From Cycas panzhihuaensis (taxonomy: Eukaryota; Plantae; Cycadophyta), in contig CM041465.1 of NCBI GenBank assembly GCA_023213395.1, positions 76,825,741 to 76,889,740 on the forward strand: DNA of 64,000 nt. The letters are read 5' to 3'. Each line of letters starts with the position of its first letter. Positions within the stretch are counted from its first letter, which is position 1. Under the pieces are notes generated by a model. It did no database searches. It was given only the letters and a program-made list of their open reading frames with translations, and was not told the origin of the DNA. The position numbers and the translations under genes are program-made. This document shows positions 28,767-42,600 of the stretch, in pieces.

Positions 28767-29006
28767 CTGGGGGATAACACCAAGCTCTAGCAGTAGAGGT
28801 CCCAATATAAATCCACCACCAGAACCAAGCAAGCCTCCAACAATGCCACCAGTGATCCCGCAGAATCCACAGAAAAGCAATTGAGGTGTTCTCCACTCAA
28901 TCAAAGCTGCACATACATCATCAGTATTTCCTGATTCTTTCTTCATCTTGCTCCGTTTATAAAGGATTATGGCTTCATACATGGAAACTCCAAATGCCAC
29001 AGGAAG
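28767..29006 (-). CDS. Sulfite exporter TauE/SafE family protein, internal exon (most 5' exon seen in the window)
   Basis: TTGCAG acceptor, GTGAGT donor, 240 bp; LPVAFG...[27 protein letters not shown], the TauE GGG signature. Confidence 0.93.
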
Positions 29007-30129
29007 CTGCAAGAGAAAGCACTAGTCAATAAATATGGTTCCATAATAATTTAACACCCTATGACATAAGGTATCCCTGAACTATTCTATGCTACCAGAA
29101 ATAGCATGCCAGGGTAATGCTTTCTGTATCATGCCCTGATGTGAATGAGTTGACTTTTTCTGGGTTGGGAGGGGAAGGGGTGTGGTTGTGAATTTCCCCA
29201 TCTAGACTATAATTTTTTACAATCCTCTTTGTTTATACAATAATATATTCATAAGGTAACTGCCTAAGATGTGATAATATAAATATCATTTAGTTCATAA
29301 TCGCCTAAAAACAAAATCATGAAATGTATGAAGAGTTAGGATGCCTGATGCCACTCTGCTTGCAAGTTGGGATTTCCATTGTTTTCTCTATTGGGATTTC
29401 CATTGTTTTCTCTATTACTTGTAAGTTTAGAATTTTTTTTATGTTGCATGGATTATCTGATGCATTATGTGGAAGAAATCAAGATGGATGTATAAAGAAA
29501 AAATTCATAATTGTGGAGTTGAGGCTCTCATTCCATGCTATAGAACAGTGTAAAGAAATTTCCATTAGAAAGATATTTTAAAAAATGAGTAACTTTTCAA
29601 AAGCCATTGGTTCTTATATCACAAATTCCCAATTTACAAAAGCAATGATGCATTATTAACTCTTGGGAAGATCTTTTGTCATTCAATTTTTATATTTTAT
29701 CATCAAGTAGCACATGCTGGTTGATAGATTATGCTCCTATTGTCACACCGCTACTCATCTCTACGTCAGTTGTGGCAGTGTCAATTCTCCATGCCTTAAA
29801 ACGTCTCTCTTCAAGTGGTTGGATCATCTTGGCAGCAATTGTTCCCTATAGAACAGTCCCATGCTAACAACCAATCCATCGACAATGGAACATTCATAAC
29901 ATATGTGCATTAATATTTGATTTCTCTTAACTTGATTATTCCATTAAATGATGTCTGGAACATTGCAACGGGCACCTATGCTAGAAAACAATGCATAGGA
30001 GCAAATGACTCAGCTCTCACATCAAACTACATGTGAGAATGCCTCTTTAATGGAGGTCTTACCCTAAAAGACAAAGCATGTCCATTCTTAGCAATCAGTT
30101 AATTATCCACATTAATACAATGTTACCCA

Positions 30130-30410
30130 TTCACCCATAACTGTTCTAGTTGTTCTGTTGACTGTTCTCGTCATTCGAATAGATCACATTGGTTGTTCCA
30201 ACCATTCTGTCGGTTTGATTGGCTATTCCATCGACTTGCGACGATTGTTCTGACCACTTTCTCTACTCAATCTGTTGTTTGTTGAGTCGCATAAGTTGTT
30301 CTGGTCATTCTATGGGCTTGGCCGAGTGTGTCAGCTTGCATTGATTGTTCTAGCCATTCTATCGACTTGTGTCAATTGTTCCAGTCATTCTATTTGCTCA
30401 AGTAGCCATT
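30130..30410. repeat. Degenerate ~31-bp repeat array
   Basis: Recurring TTGTTCTAGCCATTCTATCGACTTG-like units. Confidence 0.55.
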
Positions 30411-32771
30411 GAAGTCCATATTTTCTATATGCATCTATTTGAGGGTGCAAATTAGTGAGCATCCCTATCATCTCATAAGTAAAAATTGCAATATTAGCAA
30501 AATTCCAAAAGTTTATTCTCCTCCTTTTTTTCTCGAGTTCCTCCAGCTATAAACTAAGCACATGCTTGGTCGCCAATTTTTCCTTCAAATTTTTAATGGA
30601 AGCATACATGGAAAGGAATTCTACATCATACTCCCAACACTCCTAAGAATCTTTTTTTTCCTTTTTGGCAGGGGGAAATTTAGGCAGGGTAAGTCCTGGT
30701 CATTAAGATCCATCATTACCTGTCCAAGGGTCAGACAACAGAAGGACAAAACTTGATTGAAATGGCCCAAATAAGACAAAAATAGGTTTGAAATCTTAGC
30801 TTTATCTTGAATGAAGAGGGTAGGGATATGGAGATAGAGGAGCATGTTGAATGCCCCGAACTAGAATGTTAGAGGCATCATTGAATACTGTAGAAGGGCC
30901 ATAGTCAAAAGAATACACTATAAGCCCCTTTAGACATTTCATGTTCATAGGCGGTTCGGTACTCTAGCACAAACCTCAAGTTTGCTTTTGTCTTTTTAGC
31001 TTGGATTGTGTGTAACCACCTCCCAACCAGAAGGGAAAGGAAGTGTTGCATTTTTTTTTAAGCCATCTATGGATAGAAGGGTTATTTTTCTTGAGGTTTG
31101 ATCCCAGGAGTAGGTGTGTCAGGATTCATAACATGTTTATTGGTATTGTCAATGTTTATGGCCCCAATAGCCCTTTGGAGAAAAAATCTTCATGGGATTG
31201 GATCAGTGTTGTGGGGACTCCAACATGATCGAGTCTCCTATGAAAAAAGTCAGTGGTAGGCTATTCAAATGGAATCAAGACAAGAAACGTGCATGGCTAG
31301 GTTGAAGAATAAGCTCACCTTATGTGATCCCAATGCAAATAGGAGAGGAGAAGGGCATGACCCATGGTTCACATGGTCCAATCTGCAGGCTAAATGTAAG
31401 TGAATCCTTAAGGCTTGATATTCATGATCTCCAATGATTATCAGTTTTAAATTCTCCTAAATAATGAAAGGCCTGTGAAGGCGTTGAGGGAGATGGTCCT
31501 ATAAGATCATTATCCCATCTCCTTTGCCTTGTTTTGGGGGGCTAGTAAAGTGTCAAGCTCAAAGTCACTCTTCAAAATTAATGTTTCTCATCTTCCTCAA
31601 TAGTTTGCCTTAATAGTGTCAAGCAAGTTGAGCACCATTCATCCCATCCTAGAGGGGATAAAGCCTAGATTACCTGGTGGAAAGAGGCCATGAATAGGGT
31701 TGCCTCTTTCCTAAGAGGTTATGGCAAGTGGGTGGCCCTGTTTAGGAGAAAGATTGAGAAGGCTAGATCTTAGAAGTTGTTTGAGATCAACGTCCTCTTG
31801 AAGGCTAGCCCATTTGATAAAGAGTTTTAGAAGCACGAGACTTGACTACCACATAAACTCAAAGCAATTGAGTTGAGAAGAGCTAAAGGTGCCCAAATTA
31901 GATCCCAAGCTCAATGGATCCAAGAGGGGTGACCACTTTTTGAAATCCATTTTCAAAGCTTTTAAATACAAACATTACACCGTAGATATCAAGGCCTTAA
32001 GACCCTTCAAGGTAAGATTTGAACCAAGAGGATATTGTTGAGCAATTTGAATCCCACTACAAGCAAGTCTTCTAGGCCTAGATGCCATATTAGGAGGCAG
32101 GGATTGCTTTGAAGGAAGGCTTGTCAATCGTTCCTAACCAGCTTGGCCACTTTTGGCGAGAGGCCCATGAAGTCCTTATCAAGCTTGAAGAGGTGATTGA
32201 TGCCCTATTTGAAATGACAAAAACAAGAAAGCTTTTGGGGTTGATAGCTTTGCTTGGGAATTTTACAAGGCCACTTGGGACTACATCGGCCCAGTGCTAC
32301 TTGGGGTATATAAGGAAGCATTTGAAGCTAGCACATTGAGCAACGAGATTAATTGGGGAACTTCAAGTTAGTTCCCAAAGATGGAGATCCAGAGGTTATC
32401 ACTAACTAGAGGCCCATCACTTTGTTTAATAGGTCCCTCTAAAATCTTGGACAAGTCCCTTATTAGAAGAATCAAGGACATCTTCTCTGAAGTACCAAAT
32501 AGGATTTTATCAAGCATCAATATGTTCTTGATAACCTCATTATGATTTAGGAAGGCATGGAGTGGGTAAAAGCTTCATCATAAGACGTGTTGTTCATGAA
32601 GATCAAATTTGAAAAGGCATAAGATAGGGTTGAATGGGGCTTCATCTTCCACATGTTTGAGGCTCTTAGGTTTGGAAAGAGGTTCAAGAGAATGGTTCAA
32701 ACATTGTTTGTTTGTGTGCGGTAGAAGAAGCCATGAGAATTTTGAAATGGATAGCAGTTCTGTTATGTATC

Positions 32772-32955
32772 AAGTGTGACCAGAGGCAGAGTTAGGTTGT
32801 ACCAAGGACAACCAAGGGCGAGCAAAGGCAGAGTTAGGTTGTACCAAACGCGACCAAAGATAGAGCAAGGTTGAAACAAGTGCAACCAAGTATGACCAAA
32901 GGTGCAACTAGGTCGCAATCCAATGTCGAAGTGCAACTAGAACTGCAACCAAACA
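32772..32955. repeat. Short-period GCAACC/GACCAA repeat array within a ~450-bp insertion in the LINE RT
   Basis: AGGCAGAGTTAGGTTGTACCAA occurs twice, with several TGCAAC(C/T)A units. Confidence 0.6.
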
Positions 32956-33188
32956 GTAACAGTAACTGTTAAAGAAGTGATCTCATGATTTATTGTATAG
33001 AATCAGTTGACAATTATAACCAAAATTGTAACAATGTACCTAAAATAACATATTTAAGATAGCAATATTTTCTATCAATGTGTGGTATCGGTATGTAGGT
33101 AGTTAAGACATCTTAATAACATTCTTGATTACACAACTGTTGTTGCAGACCTTCTACTATGTATTGCTTTTGACCTGCATCTAATTGT

Positions 33189-36100
33189 TGTTAGATTTTA
33201 ACATGGAAGACATTCATCATCAATAATAACCAACAATATCAATGAACAAAAAAAATCTTGTATTAGCATAACACAAATAAGATAACATCAGAAGATTCAT
33301 GCATCATAAACTCAACATGAGTCTTAATGATGACTTGATTACATACACTACCTCAACCACCTTTATATACAAAATAGGTGGGAGAACACGTAAGAGATGT
33401 AAAACATGTGGGACAATTACCTCTAACCTAGCCAATGACATTACACCAACTAACTAACTAATGAACTTCTATCTTCTTACATAATATTATAATAATAAAT
33501 GACTCTTAGACCCTAATACTTAGGACTATAACTATTGACCTTTAGACACACTTCACTTAGACACATACAACATACAACATTATACTCTAACACCTCCCCT
33601 TAATGTTTAATGTTGAGACTACAATAACTAAGGACATAACAAGACTAACATATAAACTGACATAGGACTTGACTTTGAAGTGTTGTTTGAATTTTCATTT
33701 CCCGAGTCTTAGAACTTTTTTGAAGAAGATGTCATAAGCTTTGTCTTCAACCAAAAAACTGTAAAACCTGTATGTTGTGTATGTTATGCTGCCTCCTGTT
33801 TCCTGCTTGATGATTCTTCCTGTGTATTCCAGGTGTAGGTGTAGTCTTCTCAGATCAAATATGATTACATGTGATTTCAACTCCATGAAGTGAGTAGACT
33901 CCTCCTTGTTTATCTCCAAGTCTGCTAGGACGATCAACTTTTTGAACCAATGAGTACTTCCTTGAAAGAAAATGAACAACAATGATCCATTTCTTAACTT
34001 CACCTATTCAGATACATGTTCAGAACTAACAAGATACTTTGTTCTTTCTGTGTCACCCAAGAAATTTCTTGTGCTAAACATGATGAGAATTTCCATTATG
34101 GCTACATGCACATATTTCCCGATTATGGCTACACAAAGATGAAAGATTACTTTGATATGATTGAGCTTCACGGTTAAGTAGCCTATCCAAAATATACAAT
34201 GATCTTGATGGACAATATTTTGATCATATAATATTCTACCAATGTTCCTTCTTTTTTTAAAAGAACCTTCTAGTCTCTTTGTAGGGTATGCTATCACAAT
34301 TTGGATTCTTTCAAAGATGAAGATAGAAGATGTGACTAAATTAAGTGCAATCATAGTTAGTCTCCAATATGTGCATATCAATGTGTATCCCAACATCATT
34401 TGAATCCTGGCCACAAATATGTCAACACAAACTAGAATAATATTGCCCATACCTTTTGTCAGAGTGCATGTGTCTCCATGAAGTTTACCTACAAAGATTG
34501 AGGTTCAAATTCTTCAACTTCCTCTCTTTTAGACTTTCCTGTCATCTTGGTGAGGCTCAAAACATTTGGCGAACCCAAGTCTTCATTGTCTTCATTAGAT
34601 TTCAACCTTTCATTTGCTTTAGGAATGTTTATGTATGGATTGACCTTACTAGGATCAGGCTAATTTTTAGCTTTCCTCTTGAGCTTCTTTCTTTGATTCT
34701 TTGTTCTTCTGATACTCTTTTGTACTTCTTCAAGACCCTTTTCATGTACTTATGCTAGCAAATTCCAGGCTTCTTCAGCTAAGTCAATATTTTGAAGAGT
34801 TTGGACAAGAAAGTGGTATGAAGGATGAAGGTTTTCCTTGTCGAAAGCTACAATCATTGCATCAACAACTACTCTATTTTTCTCCTTGAAGGTTACCTCC
34901 CCTTCTTCATTAATTGAAACTCTTCCAAGTACAATGTTCCACAATCCTTTTATTCTAAAAACACATTCCATTTTAATTTTTCATATTTAAAAGTTAACTC
35001 CAACATATTTAGGCAAAGCTATGTTGGTGTTTGTTACCCAAAACTCATTTTTCTTTGCTACAAAGGTAATGACTTCACTTAACTCCATATTGTATGATTG
35101 AGTTGAACAAGAGAGTATTACCCAATGACTATGTCTCCATAGTTATGACAAGTCAAGTATCTTACATACTTTACTCTATTGTCAATTAATAGATCTCTAG
35201 CCCAAACCATGCCCTTATGTGCCCATATACAATCTCCTTATATCACCAACAAATAAGTCACATTCACTAGTCTTGAATAAGAACTCATAAAAATCTTTTG
35301 ATAAAGTAACATCAAGGGCAATAATCTTTAAGCAAAATAAGTTATAGAGGGCTAAATATCAAATATCAATGCCCTAATAATTGCACCTTAATATCTCAAT
35401 TGCGATTGATATAATAGACGAACGGGCAAGCTTCAAATGCATAATCAAGTGGAGGCGGCAAGCAATCTTTGAAATCGAAGTCTTTGGAGCAAACCAGGGA
35501 ATCAAGGGTGATCATAAGTCACTTTGTATCTATGTTAGTCCTAGTTGGGCGGCTTAAGCACATGCAACCTCCATCATTGAACAATCTTCTTCATGGCTAA
35601 GGGTAAATTTGCCATTTCTACGACTGGGTCATCGCAGGTTCCTCATTCAAGTCAGACGTCTTCATTTACGCGGGTTTCTCAATGTGCTGGGTTGTGTAAC
35701 CTCAACAAAGGGCAAACAAGAGACGACTCCAATAACTGCTCTGTGTCCTGACTTCTTACATCTGCATTCGTCTATAATGAAACAGAGTTTGAGGGTGTAG
35801 GCATAGAACCAATGGGAACGTGCAAGAAGCTCCAGAAGGAGAGGCACAGTCTGCACGTATTTATAGAAAAAAGTGATGAATGGCAGTCCTCCTCTGAGGA
35901 GGCGCTGCCTCGAGATTCACCAACTAATGATGTTGTTAATCGCTCTATATATCTATATCATCCTCATCGTGTTCCTCCTTGGATACTGAACTTCATGTCA
36001 AAAGGCACCAGATGATGAAATACACTACAATTCTTTCATCGAGGGAGGCATAACACCTTATCTTTTGCACACAATCTAAGAGGGATGAAAACTGTGAATG

Positions 36101-37653
36101 CGAATCCAATCTCTTCCTTGTCCATCACACCTTGGCACTATGTTCTTTGCTTCCGACAGAAGCTCTAGCTTTGCATGTCATGCTACTTTACACAGCTAAA
36201 GACGATTCCACCTCCCGATCAAATCTCATGAAATTAGAAGACGTCATTCGTTTTTTCTTTACGCACGTGCAACAACATTGTTTTGTCTTCCGCTGTCGAA
36301 CCGATTGATTCTCCGTTAACTGGAAACTGGCTTTGGTTTTTCGTCAAGGGAGTTGCACAGGATCTGAGTTGAACTAGGCCCTCGGGCAAGGTTATGGGCT
36401 CAGATTATCGACGTCTTAGGGTTGACTCGCCAGGCATCAACTTCACACATTCTATGAACTCCTGCAGGGTCACAAGACCCATTGATTAGGGTTTCATCAA
36501 GGCTCAGTCCGCCCCTGAAACATCAAACGTTGGATATGTTGTGGGTGCAACACTTCGATTTTTCCTGAGAGCAATGGGTATCACTCCTGTTCACCATGCA
36601 ATTTGTATTTTACTACAGGCCTTTTTCAACGGCTAAAGTATTTCTAAAGCTGCAAGTACTTTCCACTCTAGTTGCGACTACTTTCATTCCTCTGGTGGCT
36701 TCCTCTATGCCACTATGATTCTTTCCCTTTTGACGCCTCTTCACAACTGGGCACCATAATCTAATGGTTGCTTTTGTAGAGCTAATTCTCTTTTCTGGCT
36801 AAATTCAATAACAATATCCCTTATAGCTGGGGTTTGAATAAAGTGTAGCAAGATCTATTTATGACATTGATTTGAGTGCTCAAATTTCAGCAATAATTTC
36901 CATAACAAATTGTAACACAAACCCTAATTCGTATAGTATCATCACTAAGCTAGCCTTCACCTCAAGAAGATTACCATATACTCCACCTACTTTATTTTTG
37001 GGATAAACCCTAGCATATAGCTTTCTTTACACAAGTTACAGGAACAGTATTACCTATTAAAATTGCTAACACTGGCTTGGTGAAGTTGCAACAAGTATGA
37101 CCTTAGGGTTTCATCCTCTTCAAGTGCAACCACAAACTGACAAACGACTTCATGGAGCCACCTCCACATACATCATGGCGAACCTATACAATGAAGAGCT
37201 TGACAAGCAACCCGTTCTCAAACAAGTAGGAGAACCCGCTTTGATACCATGTTAGATTTTAACATGGAAGACATTCATCATCAACAATAACCAACAATAT
37301 CAATGAACAAAACAAAGTTTATACTAGCATAACACAAATAAGATAACATTAGAAGATTCATGCATCATAGACTCAACATGAGTCTTAATGATGACTTGAT
37401 TACATACATTACCTCAACCACCTTTATATACAAAATAGGTGGGAAAACACATAAGAGATGTAATACATGTGGGACAATTACCTCTAACCTAGCCAATGAC
37501 ATTAAACCAACTAACTAACTAATGAGCTTTTATCTTCCCACATAATATTATAATAATAAATGACTCTTAGACCCTAATACTTAGGACTATGACTATTGAC
37601 CCTTAGACACACTTTACTTAGACACATACAACATTAAACATTATACTCTAACA
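33189..37653 (-). mobile_element. Non-autonomous copia-type LTR element C5 (gag, no recognisable RT or integrase; TR-GAG-like)
   Basis: 404-bp LTRs at 33189-33592 and 37250-37653, highly similar. PBS (plus GCTTTGATACCA) at 37238-37249. PPT (plus CCTCCCCTTA) at 33593. TSD ATTGT/GTTGT. gag-like MECVFRIKGLWNIVLG...AEEAWNLL at 34750-34971. Confidence 0.88.
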
Positions 37654-39602
37654 GTTGTGAGGGATAGCCAAAGCTCTGTTAAGGTGTTTTTCTCTCAAGG
37701 TATTTTTCTCCCAGGAAATGGGTATTTTGTTCATAATTACTTTATCACACCAAGGAGCATAGAAGGGCTACTAGAGGCTATTATACCTTCTACCTGGCCT
37801 TAGGCTTTAAGAGACAACAAAGGAAGATTGCTTGCTTTCTGATAGGCTTGACTAGCTCAATGGCTATGAATGGCCTTGAATTAAGACCAATGAGATTTTT
37901 CATATTCCTTGGCATCCCTTTTGGTTTTGGAGCTTCCTTGGTGGAGATGTGAAAATATGTAACATATAAAACTAAAAAGAAACTCACAACTTGATCTTCT
38001 AAGCTCCTTTCATTAGCTACGAAGTATTAAATTTTCTCCAAAGCGATGACCATTGTCCATGTGTATTACTTATCCTACTAGGTGCCATCTAATGTAGCAT
38101 ATGACATGTTGATCAAACTCTTGGGACCCTTTCTCTAGTCTCTAGGAGAAGGTAAGAAAGGCTTCAATTGAGTTAGCAGGCAACTCTGTTGTAGAGCCAA
38201 GGATGAAGAGGGCTTGGGTACTAATGATATTAAGCTACAAAATTGAGCCTTATGTGTTGAGTAGCTAGTCATGGCTAGGAATGGTGACGAGCCCTAGCTA
38301 ATTTAGATTTGGCACAACGTAAGCCAAGCTAGGACAAGTGAGCATAGTAGGTTTTCCTTGATGTTGCATACAACATTGATAGCTCTTACACTCATGAAAA
38401 TTACTGGTGCCCCAATACTGAAGTCAATCTAGAATACCAAGGAGGACCACAAAATTTGGTTGGCCTGGAAAGGGGACAAGATAGGGGAAAGTCTTTTCTT
38501 TGTTCATCATCCAATGTGGTGGTCCCCTCTGAATCTTAAGGATGGAGAATGCCTTGGATAACACAAATGATTCTAGGGATGTAAATTGAATAAGAAAGGG
38601 TTAGTCACCATAGGCCAACTATTCGATGAAGGTAGAGACCAATGGAAGGTTTGACCAACTATAAAACAAGAAGTTTAGACTTAAGGCCTCTAACAAGTTC
38701 AACATTGAAGAGATATAGAATTATTGCTCATTCTCTCAAATTCTCAATTTAGCTACTTATGGCAACAAGAAGTGGTGGAAAAAACAAGCATGGCATATGT
38801 CCAAATAATTTAGTAACTTTATTACTTTTTGTGTGTATTGATTGACGATGTACATCGACAGGATTTGTGACAAAATGCATAAGATTTGGGGCATTGTCAA
38901 TGGTGAGAAGACATGGATGAGAAGATTTTAGAGGCTATGGAGTGTCCCACTAGAGCTCAATAGCCATTGGTGCATAATAGGATGATGATTAAGTCCAAGT
39001 TGTCAAAGCTTGACTAAGTGGACACGATTTGTGTCCTATGTGGATAGATTGAAACCTTTTTGCACCCCTTTTGGTGGTGTCCCCTTGGCAAATCTACTTG
39101 GAAGTGGGTTCAAGTATTTGTGAAGCCAACAATATTTTATACTATTGGATGGAATGTTACCACCTTGGGTGATAACAAAGCATTCTTCTAAACCTTCACC
39201 TTAGCATGGGATGTAAATCTTGCATTACATATGGAAACATATAAATTTTGTTTTGTTTAATGGAAAAGCACCTGCTTTACTATTTTCCTTTGATATGACT
39301 TCAATAGCATTCACATCATGTTCATTGCATGTCAATGCCCAAGTCTAGAAAGTCTAGTTTGAGCTTTTCCATCCTATTTAGCTCATTGACCATCGAGGCT
39401 CGGTCCTTCACACCATGAGTTGAGTGCTACTTGGGGAGGGCAACTCCTAGTAGCCTTGGGGCCATGGCAAGCATAAGAACGAGTCTCTGGAATGCAACCT
39501 CTCGCAAAACAAAAGATGGTAGACCAATAACTAGGGCTCCCTATAGCACCAAGAACAATCTTGCTCTAGAATGTAGCTAAGTTGAGGGTCTCTCAAAGAG
39601 GG

Positions 39603-42600
39603 TGTTACAGTGGTTGTGTGTTAACCACATAGTTATTAATGTAAATCTGGTTTAACATTGTTGATGCTTTGTGTGGCTCATAAATAACCAAAAACTTGTG
39701 TTTGGTGCCTTTGCCTAGTCGTGGGATTAGTTTTGGAGTCATTGCAGCCATGTATGATTGAAATATTGGTGTGGGAGTTGTGACTGGTAAGATTGAAGTT
39801 GTCGTCGTTTTGGATTGAGCCACTATTCTATTTTTTGTGCCACAACTTGGATTAAGGCCGGTTACGTAAATATGAAAGCTTACAAACCTCAATATTTCAT
39901 ATATATCACTTAATTATTATTTTTTGTCATGTGAAGATATAATAAAGCACACAGGTCTAATCCAAGGTTATCCCTTTCCTGAGTGTAGCGAAGGCAATAG
40001 GATCCCACACTATTAGTTTTACTCTGCATAGCGAAGGGAAGTAGATCTTCATTGTCCCTAAGCATAGCAAAGGGAAGGAGATCCCACACTATTAGATTTA
40101 CTCCACATAGCAAAGGGAAGGGATTGGTCAATCTTACTAGCATAATGATGGCATGTTTTCTTATCTATCAACTATATATCCACCTTATCTTCACCCTTTT
40201 ATGCATATTCCTTTTTTATTCTTTTTTTAATTTGGAATAAATTTAAAAGAAAAACCATTGCATTAGTGACACATCGTAAATTAGACTCAAGATTCACCAT
40301 TTCGAGTGAAAAAACAATAAGTTTTCTTGTGTGAAGAATTTAGACTTACCATTTTCGAAGCCCATACTATTGTTTGTATGTCATTTCTTGCCATTTGAAA
40401 CAATTTTGGAGGGTTTGTTGGAGTGTTTTAGCAACCTGTTGTGTAGGGTGTAAAAACATTGAGCCTTGCGCTTGTGCAAGTTTAGTGATGTTTGAAATAC
40501 TCTTAAAACCATTAAAATATTGCATTTTTTGGCAAATTGTTGGTGAACAAAGGTTGAACAGGGTGTAGGGTGTTTTCCAATTGACTAAATGTTAAGAAGT
40601 TTTGGTCTAAAATACTCATGTGTAAGCTTGTTTCTCGTGACAAAGAAGATAACGCCTGGAGTTATCTTCAATGGAAACAACTTTAGTGAGTGGAAGGCTA
40701 ACATGGAGTTGGTGTTAATGGTGAATGAACTGTGAGTGATTACCAAAGATGAGTTGCTTTCCATTTCATTAGATGAGAAGGAAAGAATGCGTCTAGAAGA
40801 AAACACTTTATGGCTATGGGATTATTGAAATTGTCTCTAGCACTAGACCAAAGGGCCCTAGTCCGCAACTTGGAGAAACCAAACAAAATTTGAACAAAAT
40901 TGTGTGAAATGTTTAAAAAAAAGAAGACAAATCATCATGTTGCTTTCATGTTGGAGCTTCTTAATGCTACAGTGGAAAACAAAAGCAACATAGGCACCTA
41001 CTTAAACAAGACAATGGATTTGAGGAACAAACTAGAGGAGATTATAACTAGCTCAATCGATGATGCATTGTTGTTTGCATTAGTCATGTCAAAACTACCC
41101 ACAGCATTTGGAACCTTTTAGACCATCTATGCAAGTGATGAAGTAATGGAGGGTGAATCATTTGAGAAATTGAAGAGTCTCATTCTAGCCAAGGATGCCA
41201 AGCTAAAGCATTGTGGTTTGCTCAGCAATTTGAATCCAACCAAGCCTTAGTCACGAAGATGCAAGGGAAGGATGGTGTTCAGGAAGGAAAGTTTGCACAA
41301 AAAATAGGAAAATCATATCGAGAGAAGAAAAAGTTTGTCAGTAAACGTAATTACTACAAGAAGGATGACCACAAAGAGAAGAATTGTTGGTTCAAAAGGC
41401 AGGACAAATGAAAAGCAAACCAGGATGATAAGGTAAAGGGTGTTGCAGCTTATTGCACAGAAGTGTCATCTTTGTCAACCAAATCAACTCCAAGAGACTA
41501 TTAGGTTTTGGACTTAGAAGTGTAGAAACATATCTTTTTAAAAGCTGAACTTCAATGCATAGATTGTTGATCCTAGTGAAGTTGAAATCATTTTGGGAGA
41601 TGTAAGTATGGTGTTTGTTGAAAGTGTTCGCATCATAGGAAGCAAATTCAAGGGTGTGTACTACGCACCTAAGCAGGAGGCGAAGTCAATAGTGTGTACA
41701 ATGCACCTAAGATGAAAATGACTCTACTGTAGCCTAGAAGATATGCAAACAAGGTATGCAGGTTGAGCTTTATAAAGACAAATGTTTAATTAAGAATTCG
41801 AAATAGAATTTCTTTGTCATCACTACTAGAAAAGTGAAGGATAATTTTTGGGTGTTTGAAGAGTTTTGAGTTCAAAATCAATCCTATGCTTTTGTTGTCG
41901 ATGTAGATGGTTTGAGTAAACTATGGCATGAACGACTTGGTCACTTTATTATAAAAGCATTGCACTTACGAATCGTTTGAAAATGGAAGGATTGCGCCGT
42001 GTTTCTTGTTCAAAGAGTATTTATGAAGAATGCATGTACGAGAAGCATCATTGCTATCCTTTTGCTTAGGATTGTGCTTGGAGAGCTAAGGAGAAACTAG
42101 AGCTCATACACATTGATTTGATGGGTCCACTCTCAAATCCTTCCATATCTAGAGCTCAGTATACTTTGGTATTTGTAGATGACTATACCAAGAAGGCCAA
42201 GGTATATTTCTTGAAGAGTAAGTCTAGTGTTCGATTACTTCTGAGAATGGAAGGTATGTGTCGAGAATGAATGTGATAAGAAAATTAAGATTTTGAAGAG
42301 TGATAATGGCAAGGAGTACAATAATCGTGCCTTTAATCAATTCTGCTTAGATCATAGCATTAAACGGGAACTAACTATGCCATACACCCCACAACAAAAT
42401 GGTGTTGTTGAGAGGAAAAATTGTACCATGATGGAAAAGGCAAGGTGTATGGTGTACGCAAAGAACTTATCGCCTATGTTTTGGGCAAAAGCTATTGGAA
42501 CTGTCGTTCATATCCTGAATAGGGTACTAACAAAAGCAGTTGGTGGCATGACCCCCAAAGAAAAATGGACCAATTGTAAACTTGCCATTGACCATTTGAA

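Noticed and set aside
28642-28884. 80-aa plus-strand ORF
   Set aside because: It is the antisense shadow of the TauE exon.
29676-29867. Hydrophobic 63-aa ORF as a possible missing TauE exon
   Set aside because: Wrong strand and no TauE similarity.
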